A stretch of DNA of 64,000 bases from assembly GCA_963821525.1 (NCBI GenBank), contig CAWGED010000012.1, forward strand, positions 96,001 to 160,000. The letters run 5' to 3'. This document shows positions 51,660-61,478 of this stretch, in pieces. Each line of letters begins with the position of its first letter. The stretch's first letter is position 1. The DNA is from an uncultured Gemmatimonadales bacterium (GTDB lineage Bacteria > Gemmatimonadota > Gemmatimonadetes > Gemmatimonadales > GWC2-71-9). Position numbers and translations under genes: made by a program. Below the pieces are notes generated by a model that was not told the DNA's origin, did no database searches, and saw only the letters and a list, made by a program, of their open reading frames with translations.

Positions 51660-51896
51660 ATGTCGGTCAAACATGTGCTATGGATCGGCGCCAGCCTGAT
51701 GCTGGCGGCTTGCGATTCGACCAGCGGCCCCAATGTGGACGGGGTTCCCGACAACCGTAGCGGGCCGCCGCAGGTCCCCGCGCTCCCGGTGGAGACTACC
51801 CCGACCTGCCAAGTCTCAACGCAACCGGTAAGCTCGCGTATCTCGTCGGCGAGGGCGATACCCTGCCCGAACCAGCCGCAGAGACCGGTGCTTTAG
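51660..51896 (+). CDS. small lipoprotein A (78 aa)
   Basis: MSVKHVLWIGASLMLAAC lipobox; Cys-x18-Cys; GGAGG RBS. Confidence 0.8.
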   Translation: MSVKHVLWIGASLMLAACDSTSGPNVDGVPDNRSGPPQVPALPVETTPTCQVSTQPVSSRISSARAIPCPNQPQRPVL

Positions 51897-51953
51897 TCCC
51901 TCGAATCCGTGAGCGAAGCTTGGCCGAAGTCGCAAGTGCCTGCATGCGAAGGG

Positions 51954-52017
51954 ATTGACTCCCCCGGCCCGACGATTGACTGGGGCTTGGCCGCCGAGCT
52001 CTAGCTTGGCCTCGAAA
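51954..52017 (+). promoter_or_regulatory. conserved promoter copy B
   Basis: TTGAC at 51955 and 51976, TAGCTT at 52002. Confidence 0.7.
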
Positions 52018-52070
52018 GCTGATCCCACAACTCGTTTCCCGCCGCTTCGCGGCCTGGCCTGGGAGGCCCT

Positions 52071-52289
52071 ATGTCGGTCAAGCAAGCGCTCTGGATTGGT
52101 GCGACCCTGTTGTTGGCTGCCTGTAGCTCCACTACTGAACCCAACGTTGTCCAAGCCGGCGGCACGACACCCGGTTCTGGCACAGGGACCCAGTGTGTTC
52201 CGGTTTCCCCCCGGACACCCCTGCTGAGGGCATCGGCGGAGCCGCGGTGCAAGCCGGCAGAGTTCGGCCTCAAGACTCTGCCCCGGTAA
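52071..52289 (+). CDS. small lipoprotein B (72 aa), paralog of A
   Basis: MSVKQALWIGATLLLAAC; Cys-x17-Cys; GGAGG RBS. Confidence 0.8.
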   Translation: MSVKQALWIGATLLLAACSSTTEPNVVQAGGTTPGSGTGTQCVPVSPRTPLLRASAEPRCKPAEFGLKTLPR

Positions 52290-54396
52290 CCGGGTCTCCT
52301 CCCCTGGCATCGAGACGCGCGCGAAGCGTCGCAAGGATCGCCCGAGCATCCTGCTGTAACTCGGCGCCATAAGCCTCGGCGCTGACCAGGCAGCGCCGGG
52401 CGGTCCTGCGATCGCCAGTCGCCAGCGCATCGGCGGCGATCTGCAGCAACCCCGAAAAAGTCTCGGGTGTCGGTGAGAGCCGCACCTGCAATTCCGCCCG
52501 CAATACCCGAGAGGCGAGGTCTACTCGACCGGTGAGAAGCTCGACGGCTCGCCGCCGAAGGTCCCTTACCTGTCCCGGCGTGAGCATGGCACGCTCGACA
52601 ACCGTCTGGATGAGCGGCGTGGCGAACGCGTAACGGTCACCCTCCAGCACCAGGAAGTGATGCTGTTCGAGCCTCGTCAGCTGGGAGGGGAGGTCACCCG
52701 CGGCATCGCCAGACAGGGCGGCAACCATGGAGAGATCGAGGACCCGAGTTCCTATCGCAGCGGAGGCGAGAAGGATCCGTGACCTTGCATCGAGCCGCGC
52801 GATTTGGGCAAGGACGGCCGACCTTACCAGCTGAGGAACTTCGACCGGCAGCAGGCTCTCGAAGGTTTCTTCTGGTGGGGGCCACACCACTGCTCGCTCG
52901 CGCAGGGCGATACTCTCCGAGAGACTGCGCAACAAGGCCACGGCCAGGAGTGGCCGGCCGGCTGTCTCGACCATGAGTCGGCGAACCAGGCGATTGCGTG
53001 CCGACGACTCGTCACACCAGGGCGCCATTGCGGTTACCAGATCGGTCATCGCCTTGGCATCGAGCTCTTCCAGAGTGAAGACCTGACCCGGGAGCGCGCG
53101 ACCGATCTGGGCCTGCAGCTCGATCAGCTGACGGGGAGTGTCGGGATCGCCGGCGACCGCGGTCAGCAGCAGAAAGGCCCGCGTGTCGGTGAGACTCTCC
53201 ATCGCGTCGCGCAGCGCACCGAGCGAGGCATCGTCGGCAAATTGTGCCTGGTCCAATCCGATCACCACCGGCACTTCCTCGGTGACGGCGCGCAGCATCA
53301 TCCCCAGCGCGAGTGCGATTTCCCCCTGATCCCGCGGTTCTCGAGGAGCTACCCGCGAGGCAAGCTCGGGAATCACCGCGGCGAGAACCGCCAGAGCGCC
53401 GGGATCCGTGGCGGCGAGTCCCGGTGCGCTCAGCAATCCGCGCCGGACCACGCTCCTGAGAGTGCTCCACGGTATGGTCTGGTCCGCCTCGATCGGGCGG
53501 GTAACGCATGTGGTGGCACCCTCAAGCGCCAGTCGCAATATCGTTTCGCTGAACAACCGGGTCTTTCCGATCCCCGGCTCGCCCTCGAAGAGCAGGGTCG
53601 CTCCGCGCGACCCGGGAGCGAGCCAGCGAGCCAGCTCCTGCAGTGTCCCGGCCCGCCCCACAAGCTGCGGCTCGTCGAGCGGCTTCCCCGCGGAGTCGAG
53701 CCACCGCCCCTCGCGGATTCGCTGAGCCAACGCAGAGAGTTCGGGACTCGGCCGCTCCTCCAGCTCCCCCAGGCCTTCGGCGAATCGGTGAAACTCCCGC
53801 AGGGCCCCGGAGGCATCCCCGCCCAGGGCCGCGGCTCGCATCGCCAAACGAATGGCCGGTTCCGAGTACGGCTCCAGGCCGAGCGCGTGTCGAGCGGCTT
53901 CCAACGCCTCCGTTGTCTTGCCCAGGGCAAGAAGCTCCTGAGCGGCCTCCACGAACGAATGTGTTGCTTGCGTGCGGAAACGGGTCCGCGCCGACTCCAC
54001 CCACTCCTCGAATGCGGGGGCGTCATCGAGGGTAAATCCCTCGAGGAAGACCCCGCTCGGACGGGCGGCACCAGACACGACCAGGGCATCGATTTCGAGA
54101 TTGCCAGGCGCCAGTCTTACCGAGTCAGTCTCCGTGATGATTCGCTCAGACCCGAGACTCACTCGCAACCGACGCAGAGCCTCATTCAGAGAGTGACGGG
54201 CCTTCGCGTCGTCTTTATCCGGCCAGAGGAGGCCGAGCAGGTGCTCCCGGCTTCGCGTCATCCCGGGGGAAAGGGCCAGATAGATGAGCAGAGCCAGGTG
54301 TTTCCGCCACAAGACGTCGGGCGGAGGCACCTCGCCGGAGAGCCGGGCGGTAGGCGCCCCGAACGTGATCAGCCGAAGCGGAGGAGGCGAGGACAT
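52270..54396 (-). CDS. SARP-like wHTH-BTAD regulator fused to an AAA/STAND ATPase
   Basis: LALLIYLAL...LLGLLWPD...ARHSLNEALRRLR; FEEWV; LEPYSE; GEPGIGKT. Confidence 0.88.
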   Translation of the reverse strand: MSSPPPLRLITFGAPTARLSGEVPPPDVLWRKHLALLIYLALSPGMTRSREHLLGLLWPDKDDAKARHSLNEALRRLRVSLGSERIITETDSVRLAPGNLEIDALVVSGAARPSGVFLEGFTLDDAPAFEEWVESARTRFRTQATHSFVEAAQELLALGKTTEALEAARHALGLEPYSEPAIRLAMRAAALGGDASGALREFHRFAEGLGELEERPSPELSALAQRIREGRWLDSAGKPLDEPQLVGRAGTLQELARWLAPGSRGATLLFEGEPGIGKTRLFSETILRLALEGATTCVTRPIEADQTIPWSTLRSVVRRGLLSAPGLAATDPGALAVLAAVIPELASRVAPREPRDQGEIALALGMMLRAVTEEVPVVIGLDQAQFADDASLGALRDAMESLTDTRAFLLLTAVAGDPDTPRQLIELQAQIGRALPGQVFTLEELDAKAMTDLVTAMAPWCDESSARNRLVRRLMVETAGRPLLAVALLRSLSESIALRERAVVWPPPEETFESLLPVEVPQLVRSAVLAQIARLDARSRILLASAAIGTRVLDLSMVAALSGDAAGDLPSQLTRLEQHHFLVLEGDRYAFATPLIQTVVERAMLTPGQVRDLRRRAVELLTGRVDLASRVLRAELQVRLSPTPETFSGLLQIAADALATGDRRTARRCLVSAEAYGAELQQDARAILATLRARLDARGGDPVTGAES

Positions 54397-54467
54397 GACC
54401 AGATATCATACCAGCAGATCACAGCTCCGTCACGCTGGGGCCCGGACTCGGCGCAGGATCTGTCATG

Positions 54468-54502
54468 AAAAAACCCGGGCCCATGACTTCAGGCCCGGGT
54501 TT
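54468..54502 (-). terminator. intrinsic terminator of the BlaI-M56-HEAT operon
   Basis: aaacccgggcc/ggcccgggttt stem with A6 on the left (U-tract on the minus strand). Confidence 0.75.
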
Positions 54503-54525
54503 CGATAGTTCGCGGCGGGAAGGAA

Positions 54526-55848
54526 CTATTCCTTGTGCTCGCCCAGCGCCTCCGCGGCTGCTTTCCTCACCTCGGCATCATCATCCTTGATGGCGGTAAC
54601 GAGGTAAGTCGTCACTCGCGAATCCTCCATCTGGCCGAGGGCCTCGATCACCTTCCGGCGTACCTCGACCCGCTCGTCGTGAATCGCAGCACCCAGCCCG
54701 GGCACGGCCGCGGCATCGCCGATGTTGCCAAGCGACTCGGCCGCCTTTTCCCGGATCTCCCAATCGGAATCCTTGAGTGCGGCGATCAAAGCCGGCGGAG
54801 CCCGATTCAAGTCGTCGAGGTTCCCCAACGCCTCGACCGCGGCGCGCCGTACCTCTTTGTCCGAATCGTTCAATGCTCCTCCTAGAGCATCGGCCGCCGC
54901 GGGATCCTCGATATTACCCAGCGCTTCGGCGGTAGCGCGGCGTACCTCGGAATCGGAATCGTTAAGGAGCTTGAGCAGGGGTCGAGTAGCCTTCTTGTCT
55001 TCGATGTCCCCCAGGGCCCGGACCACCGCGAGGCGCACTTCGACATCGGGGTCTCCAAGGATCGCCGTGAGACCACCAGTTGCCCGAGCGTCTTCGATAT
55101 CTCCCAACGCCTCTGCCGCCAGTCTGCGGGTTTCGGTGTCCTGAGACTTGAGCATCGGCAGGAGCGGATCCACGGCCTTCGGATCCTCGATCTGTCCGAG
55201 CGCCCAGATCGCGGCATGACGGAGGCCGGCGTTCTGGGTCTTGAGTGCATCGACCAGAGGCGGGATGGCCTTGGCGTCTTCGATTTCACCGAGCGCCCAG
55301 GCCGACATGCGGGCCACATCGCCATCCGGATCGCGCAACGATTTGGTGAGCGCATCGAATGAGCCCATGTCTTCCGCGTGCCCCAGCCCGAGTACCGCCG
55401 CTTCGCGAAGCTTCCCATCGGAGCTCTTCATTGCCTCACGGAGCGTCCGCACCGCCTCGGCGTTGTTGCTCCCACCCAGGAGCTGAGCGGCGGTACGGCG
55501 CAGACAGGGATTCGGGTCGGACAAATGACTCCCCAGTACCCGGATCGCCTTGGCATCTTTCACATCCTGGTTGAACATGTCTTTGACCGCGCGGTCGTCC
55601 GCGGTGTGATCCCGCAAAGCCGCAATCTGGCTCGCGTCACTGCTCCAGCTCCAGCCATTGCGCAGCTGATCGGCGGTGAATTCGCACACCACAGGATCGG
55701 CACTACCCAAGGCGCCGAACATTCGCACTATCGCGGCGGAATCCGGCCCCGGCCGATTGGAATGATCCGGCGACCGGACGCTACCGACGACTCCCACACC
55801 GGCGCCCAGCGTGACCACTCCGGTTGCTGCAAGGAGGAATAGCTTCAT
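54526..55848 (-). CDS. exported HEAT-repeat protein
   Basis: signal/anchor, then many D-xx-VR-xx-A-xx-ALG repeats. Confidence 0.9.
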   Translation of the reverse strand: MKLFLLAATGVVTLGAGVGVVGSVRSPDHSNRPGPDSAAIVRMFGALGSADPVVCEFTADQLRNGWSWSSDASQIAALRDHTADDRAVKDMFNQDVKDAKAIRVLGSHLSDPNPCLRRTAAQLLGGSNNAEAVRTLREAMKSSDGKLREAAVLGLGHAEDMGSFDALTKSLRDPDGDVARMSAWALGEIEDAKAIPPLVDALKTQNAGLRHAAIWALGQIEDPKAVDPLLPMLKSQDTETRRLAAEALGDIEDARATGGLTAILGDPDVEVRLAVVRALGDIEDKKATRPLLKLLNDSDSEVRRATAEALGNIEDPAAADALGGALNDSDKEVRRAAVEALGNLDDLNRAPPALIAALKDSDWEIREKAAESLGNIGDAAAVPGLGAAIHDERVEVRRKVIEALGQMEDSRVTTYLVTAIKDDDAEVRKAAAEALGEHKE

Positions 55849-55867
55849 GAAGCCCTCAGTTGAGCCA

Positions 55868-55926
55868 CAGCTCTTAGCTTTTAGCTGTTAGCTGTTCAAT
55901 CTGCAATCTGAAATCTTCAATCTTCA
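55868..55926. repeat. two abutting heptamer arrays (TAGCTGT)n and (NCAATCT)n
   Basis: cagctct-tagcttt-tagctgt-tagctgt-tcaatct-gcaatct-gaaatct-tcaatct. Confidence 0.8.
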
Positions 55927-58132
55927 ATTCGACTCATCCCTCTGCCCCAGCGCCTCAGCCGCCTGCCTTCTGACATTGGGGTCGGTCGACTTGAGTGCGG
56001 CGACCAAGGCATCCAGCGCCGACGAATCCCGAACCTCACTCAGGGCGTCGATCGCGGCATCGCGGACGTCGGCGTTCGAATCATTCAATGCGACGCGCAG
56101 CGTCGGGACGGACTTGGGGTCCCGAATCTGGCCCAGTGCCTGGATCGCGTTCTGCCGGACGTCAGGGTTCTTGTCCTTGGTGGCTTCGATCAGAGCCGCC
56201 GGGAGCAGTAGTAAGACCGAGCTGGGATAGCGACTGGGCCGCAGCACTCCGAACGTCGGCATCCGAGTCGCGCAGTGCCGCGGCAAGCGGTTCAGCAGCC
56301 GCAGGGTCTTCCAGGTTGCCCAACGCGTGGGCCGTCTGGTGCCGCACGTCAGCCGAAGGGTCCGACAGCAGCTTGATCAGCGGACGGACCGCCCGCTTGT
56401 CCTGCACTTCGCTGATGGCTTCGACCGCCGCCTCGCGCACTTCGGCATTGCTGTCCGACAGCGCCGCGATGAAAGCATCCACCGGCTTGTTCCCGCCCTC
56501 CATGTTGCTGATGGCGGAGATAGCACGACGGCGCACTTCGGGAGAGCTGTCCTTGATCGCCGCAGTCAGCCCGGGGATGGCGCGCGGATCTTCCATGTTC
56601 CCCAGCGCATCCGCGGCGCAGGCGCGAACCTCGCTGTCCGTGTCCCGCAGGGCCTCGATCAACGCAGGGACCGACCGGGGATCCTCGAGGTTGCCGAGCG
56701 ATGAGGCGGCCGCACGACGCACTTTCACATCGGTGTCCTTGAGGGCCGCGATCAGAGCGGGCACCGCGGTGTTCGTCGTGTCACCCGCGTGCTTTCCACC
56801 GAACTCGACGCCACCCTTGATCCCTTTAAGCTTGGGCATCACCATGGAGCTGACCTCTACATGAGGCATCGGCTCGATCGGAGTCCGCGCCAGCGCAGCC
56901 TTGACCTGCCGCATCGCGCGCCGCTCGATCTCCCTGGTGTGAATGTGCATCTTGTTCAGCGAGAACTGCATCGAACGCTCACCAGTGTCCGACACGACGG
57001 CCTTGGAGTCCTCCTCCTGCTGCACGTCCGTCGGGACGGCCGAAATCCCCGGCACCGAGAACGCCGTGATGAGGACCAGGGCCACCGCAGCAGGGATCAA
57101 CCAGAACCGGCGAGGCTGTGGGCGCATTGCGTGATTCTCGATGAGACGGTGAATACGGGAAACCAGCTGGCTGCGACGCTCGGCCATGGCCGACAGCGGC
57201 ACCGGTTGGGGTGAGGTATCGATCCATTCGGCCACCTTCACCAGGCACTTGGCGAGCACCAGGCCGGACCCTGTCCGGCGTGCGGCCCAGTCGTCGCAGA
57301 CGAATTCCGCCGCTTCCTGAATCCGGAGCCGAGCCAGCCGGTTGAGCGGCTGGAAGAAGAAGACCCGCTCGATGATGCATCCGAGGGTGAGCCACTGCGG
57401 ATCGCGCCGGGCGAGGTGGGCCAGCTCGTGCGCCAGCATGCTCTCCTGCGCTTCGGGCCCGAGCTCGGTCAGCGCTGCTTCAGGCAGGGCGATTTCGGAG
57501 CTACCCAGCGCTACAGGGCTGGAAAGACCGGGAGCTGCCGTCAAGCTGACGCTGCGACGGATTCCGGCATCGACCCGGAGCCGGTTGAGCACCAGTGCCA
57601 GACGCGGATCGTCGATCGGCCGGCGGGAACCCAGCCGGTAGAAGAGCCGGAGCCGGTTGGCACCATACAGGATCAGCAGCAGGCCGGCACTCACCGCCCA
57701 CGCGATCAGCGCGAACGGCTGCGCGCGATTAACCTGCTCGGGCACCGGTTGCATCGCCGCGTCCACAGGAGCCGTCGGTGTCGAGGTTCCCTTGGCAGCG
57801 TTGAAGAGCGGCCCAGTGACCGGCATCTCGTCGATCGCTTTCTTTTCTACTGCGGGGCTCACCGCCCGATCGGCTTTCAGTGGAGCGGTGGCGTGCCTTT
57901 CAGCCGGAGCGGCACCCATACCGACGATTGAAACCAGGCCGCCGACGGGCACAAACCCTAAACCAGCCTGAAGCGTGGTGGTGATGAGCGACCCCACGAG
58001 AGCAGATTTCCAGATCACGTCGCGCACATCATGAGACCGTACCAGGCGCCAGGTGACCAGCCACGCGGCGGCCAGAAGGACGGTGCTGTGGAGCGCGTAG
58101 GTGAAGAGCCAGGAGGCGATGTGTTCAGTCAT
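55924..58132 (-). CDS. M56 (BlaR1-like) metallopeptidase fused to HEAT repeats; frameshift near 56200
   Basis: LHSTVLL, LAHELAHLARRD, FFFQPL, EFVCDDWA; HEAT repeats continue in ORF 55924-56286. Confidence 0.9.
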
Positions 58133-58523
58133 GGCGGGGTCCCTCGGTGCCGGCTTCGTGTTCGGCTATCAGCTCTTTGATGCGTTCAAGATCGCCCGAA
58201 CTGACTTCGCGGGCGGAAAGCAGGTGGGTCATCAGCGCGGCGACGTCGCCATCAAAGAGCCGCTCGGTAAGCTCGGTGACCATCGAACGCTGAACTTCCG
58301 ATTCGGTGACCAGCGGAGCATAGACGAACTGGCGGGCTCGGGTCCGGTGGGAGACGACACCGCGGCGCTCCAACCGCGAAAGTAGGGTAGCGATCGTGGT
58401 CTGTGCCAGTCCTCGCTCGTCCCGGAGCGCGTCCGCAATCTCGGCCACCGTCGCTTCTCTCCGTTCCCAGAGAATCCGCATGATGGCGATCTGAAGATCA
58501 GTCAACTGATGAGTCTCGGGCAT
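58125..58523 (-). CDS. BlaI/MecI/CopY family repressor
   Basis: LTDLQIAIMRILWE, LAQTTIATLLSRLERRG, LFDGD. Confidence 0.93.
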   Translation of the reverse strand: MPETHQLTDLQIAIMRILWERREATVAEIADALRDERGLAQTTIATLLSRLERRGVVSHRTRARQFVYAPLVTESEVQRSMVTELTERLFDGDVAALMTHLLSAREVSSGDLERIKELIAEHEAGTEGPRHD

Positions 58524-58545
58524 ATCCCCTCGGGGTTTGGCTTGA

Positions 58546-58573
58546 ACTACATGTGTAATATTACACCAGTAGT
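58546..58573. promoter_or_regulatory. tandem BlaI/CopY-type operator boxes
   Basis: TACA-TG-TGTA at 58548-58557 matches TACAnnTGTA; TACA-CC-AGTA at 58562-58571. Confidence 0.8.
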
Positions 58574-58694
58574 CAATCTGTCAAGACCAAGGCGATCTGT
58601 CGCCGAGTGGGCGGTCTTACGAGGCCGTGCAACGACAAGTGTCAAAGCGGAACTTTCCCTGCCCGAGATGCCCGACAAGAGATAGACTATCCGT

Positions 58695-59195
58695 ATGCCC
58701 CCCAGGTCGTTGTCCTCCGGCGCCGGTCTGGCAGACCTCTGGACCAAGCTCAGCCCAATCCCGGGTGGCAGCTGGCTGTTCAGCCGCGCCCTGGGCTTCA
58801 TGGTCCCCTACTCCGGTAGTATCGGGGCCCACATCCGGGCGCTCGAACCCGGATACGCGCGCGTCGAATTGCGTGACCGCCGCGGAGTCCGGAATCATCT
58901 CGGTTCAGTTCACGCCATCGCACTGGCCAACCTGGGTGAGGTGACGACGGGACTCGCGACGCTGGTGGGCCTGCCCGAAAATGTCCGCGGAATCCTCACC
59001 GGGCTTTCCATCGAGTACATGAAGAAGGCACGCGGCACGCTGATCGCCGAATGCCGGACCGCGATTCCCGTGGTAACTGCATCCATTGATCACGACGCGA
59101 TTGGGGAGATTCGGGACGGCGCCTCCGACCTGGTGGCGCGAGTGACCGCGAAGTGGCGAATCGGCCTGATCGAACCCAAGGCCCGAGCGACGTGA
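58695..59195 (+). CDS. hotdog-fold thioesterase (DUF4442/PaaI-like)
   Basis: VPYSGSI, VRNHLGSVHAIALANLGE, IEYMKKARG. Confidence 0.88.
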   Translation: MPPRSLSSGAGLADLWTKLSPIPGGSWLFSRALGFMVPYSGSIGAHIRALEPGYARVELRDRRGVRNHLGSVHAIALANLGEVTTGLATLVGLPENVRGILTGLSIEYMKKARGTLIAECRTAIPVVTASIDHDAIGEIRDGASDLVARVTAKWRIGLIEPKARAT

Positions 59196-60214
59196 CCTTC
59201 TCAACCTCGCTCACCGCACATGCAGGCATCGAAGTCCCGCTGATCTGCGGTGCCATGTATCCCTGCAGCAATCCTGAACTGGTCGCGGCGGTCTCGGAGG
59301 CCGGCGGGATCGGGATTGTCCAACCCATTTCACTCACCTACGTCCACGGTCACGATTTTCGGGAGGGACTCCGTCTCATCCGGCGGCTGACTTCCAAGCC
59401 GATCGGCATGAACGCCCTGATCGAGCAATCGTCCCGCACCTACCATGAGCGCATGTCGCGCTGGATCGATATCGCTCTGGAGGAAGGAGTTCGCTTCTTC
59501 GTGACCTCGCTCGGGAACCCGCGCTGGGTTGTGGAGCGCGTGACCCCGGTCGGGGGCGTGGTCTACCACGACGTGACCGAGCGCAAATGGGCGGACAAGG
59601 GGCTCGCGGGAGGAGTGAAGGGACTGATCGCGGTCAATCGCCGAGCGGGCGGGCACGCCGGTCCAAGATCAGCCGAGGAGCTGATCGAAGAGCTGGGTCC
59701 GTTGGGGGTTCCTCTGATCTGTGCCGGGGGAATCGGGGATCCGGCGGAGTTCGCCGCAGCGTTGAGAATGGGATACGCCGGTGCCCAGCTCGGCACCCGG
59801 TTCATCGCCACGCCGGAGTGTCATGCGAGCACCGCTTACAAGGAGGCGATTCTCCGAGCGACGGAAGCGGATATCGTCCTGAGCGAGCGAATCACCGGAG
59901 TCCCGGTCGCTGTCATCCGTACGCCGTTCGTCGAACGGATGGGACTCAAGGCAGGACCGATCGCCCGCTGGATGCTGCGCGGTCGCAGGACCAAGCACTG
60001 GATGCGCACCATCTACGCGCTCAAGTCACTCTGGCAGCTCAAGAAGGCGTCGCTGGACGAGTCGGGAGAGCGGGACTACTGGCAGGCTGGTAAGAGTGCC
60101 GGGAAGATCACCGCGATTGAACCGGCGGGTGAGATCGTCCGCCGTTTCGCGGAGCGTGCGGCGGAAGAGAAGGCTCGACTGCCTCAGGGTGAGCGCCCGA
60201 CAATCAGGCGGTAG
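59192..60214 (+). CDS. nitronate monooxygenase family flavoprotein
   Basis: PLICGAM, LVAAVSEAGGIG, AGGHAG, AGGIGD, GTRFIAT, WQAG; GTGA overlap. Confidence 0.9.
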   Translation: MTFSTSLTAHAGIEVPLICGAMYPCSNPELVAAVSEAGGIGIVQPISLTYVHGHDFREGLRLIRRLTSKPIGMNALIEQSSRTYHERMSRWIDIALEEGVRFFVTSLGNPRWVVERVTPVGGVVYHDVTERKWADKGLAGGVKGLIAVNRRAGGHAGPRSAEELIEELGPLGVPLICAGGIGDPAEFAAALRMGYAGAQLGTRFIATPECHASTAYKEAILRATEADIVLSERITGVPVAVIRTPFVERMGLKAGPIARWMLRGRRTKHWMRTIYALKSLWQLKKASLDESGERDYWQAGKSAGKITAIEPAGEIVRRFAERAAEEKARLPQGERPTIRR

Positions 60215-61335
60215 CTCGCGGGATCAGTTGCACCCTCAGTAGAAATCAGCAGGACCCGGGCTTCAGGCCCAACCTCAAGTGCCTCGCGCACCCGGCGCGT
60301 TTCGACTCCTTTCATCAACTCGAGCAGGCCTCCGGTGGATGCGGCGCCGGATTCCCCCGCGACGACACCGGACGCGGCCAGCAGGCGCATCGCCTCGCGT
60401 GCCCTCTCGTCTTCGATCGCCAGATAGGCATCGATCCCATCTTCCAGCGCGGTCCAGGCGGCGGTTGATGGAGTCCCGCAGTTGAGACCGGCCATGATGG
60501 ACGCATCGGCGCCGGCGTGGAGCATGACCGGCTTCCCCGCCTCGATCGAGTGAAGCGCACACGCCGCTCCAGTCGGTTCGACACCCACCAGGGTTGGGAA
60601 CGTTGCGCGTCCCTCAGCCCTGTAATGCGCAACCACCGCACTCGCCAGCGTGCCGACTCCGATCTGTACCAGCACCAGATCCGGTGGCGCGATTTGCTGC
60701 TCCGCGATCTGCCGCTCGATCTCCAGGAAAATCGTCTCGTAACCCTCTGCGACCCAGGACGGAACTTCCTCGAATCCCGGCCAGCCATGGTCGGAAACCA
60801 GGATTACCCCAGGGGCGACAGAGGAGGCCGCGCGCTCGACCGCATCGTCATACGTCCCTGCGACGATCGTCACTACCGCTCCCTCGGATTCGATTCCCTC
60901 GATGCGAGCCTGAGCGGTTCCCCGGGGGACAAATATTTCCGCCGCGTAGCCGAGCCATCGGGCAACCCGTGCGACGCCGCGCCCATGATTGCCATCGGTC
61001 ATCGTGATGAGTTTGAGCCGGCCGAGCGGCGCTAACCGCTCACGAAGCTGGTCGACGTTCGTCCAGGGTTCGAGCGCTGAGCCCAACAATCGCTCGAGGA
61101 TTCGCAGTGTTGCCCACGATGCTCCGAGGATCTTGTAGGCCGGAAGACCAAACCGATTCGACTCGTCCTTCAGGTGAACCGAGCGTACCCCTGCAGTGCG
61201 GGCCAGGTCATCCAGCTGCCGGAGCGGAGTGGGCTGGTAGCCGGGGAGTTTCTGGTGGATCACCCACGGTTCCGGGCTCGGGGCCGGGGTCCGAAGCCCT
61301 TGCCGCACTTGGGGATTGAGGATTGCGTGGGGCAT
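60184..61335 (-). CDS. dpaL: diaminopropionate ammonia-lyase (PLP-dependent)
   Basis: KDESNRFGLPAYKILGASWA, TDGNHGRGVA, SIMAGLNCG, GESGAA, STEGATDP. Confidence 0.9.
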   Translation of the reverse strand: MPHAILNPQVRQGLRTPAPSPEPWVIHQKLPGYQPTPLRQLDDLARTAGVRSVHLKDESNRFGLPAYKILGASWATLRILERLLGSALEPWTNVDQLRERLAPLGRLKLITMTDGNHGRGVARVARWLGYAAEIFVPRGTAQARIEGIESEGAVVTIVAGTYDDAVERAASSVAPGVILVSDHGWPGFEEVPSWVAEGYETIFLEIERQIAEQQIAPPDLVLVQIGVGTLASAVVAHYRAEGRATFPTLVGVEPTGAACALHSIEAGKPVMLHAGADASIMAGLNCGTPSTAAWTALEDGIDAYLAIEDERAREAMRLLAASGVVAGESGAASTGGLLELMKGVETRRVREALEVGPEARVLLISTEGATDPASYRLIVGRSP

Positions 61336-61478
61336 CTCTCCTCTAGCAAACCGCCTAAATAGTGATCTATCGCACCGTCTAAAAAATAGACAAGCTATTG
61401 GTATATAACGAGTTAAGTTTCGGCCTGAGTGTTGCTTATATTGACACTCACAGCACTAACGCCCTGCGGAGAGCCGTC

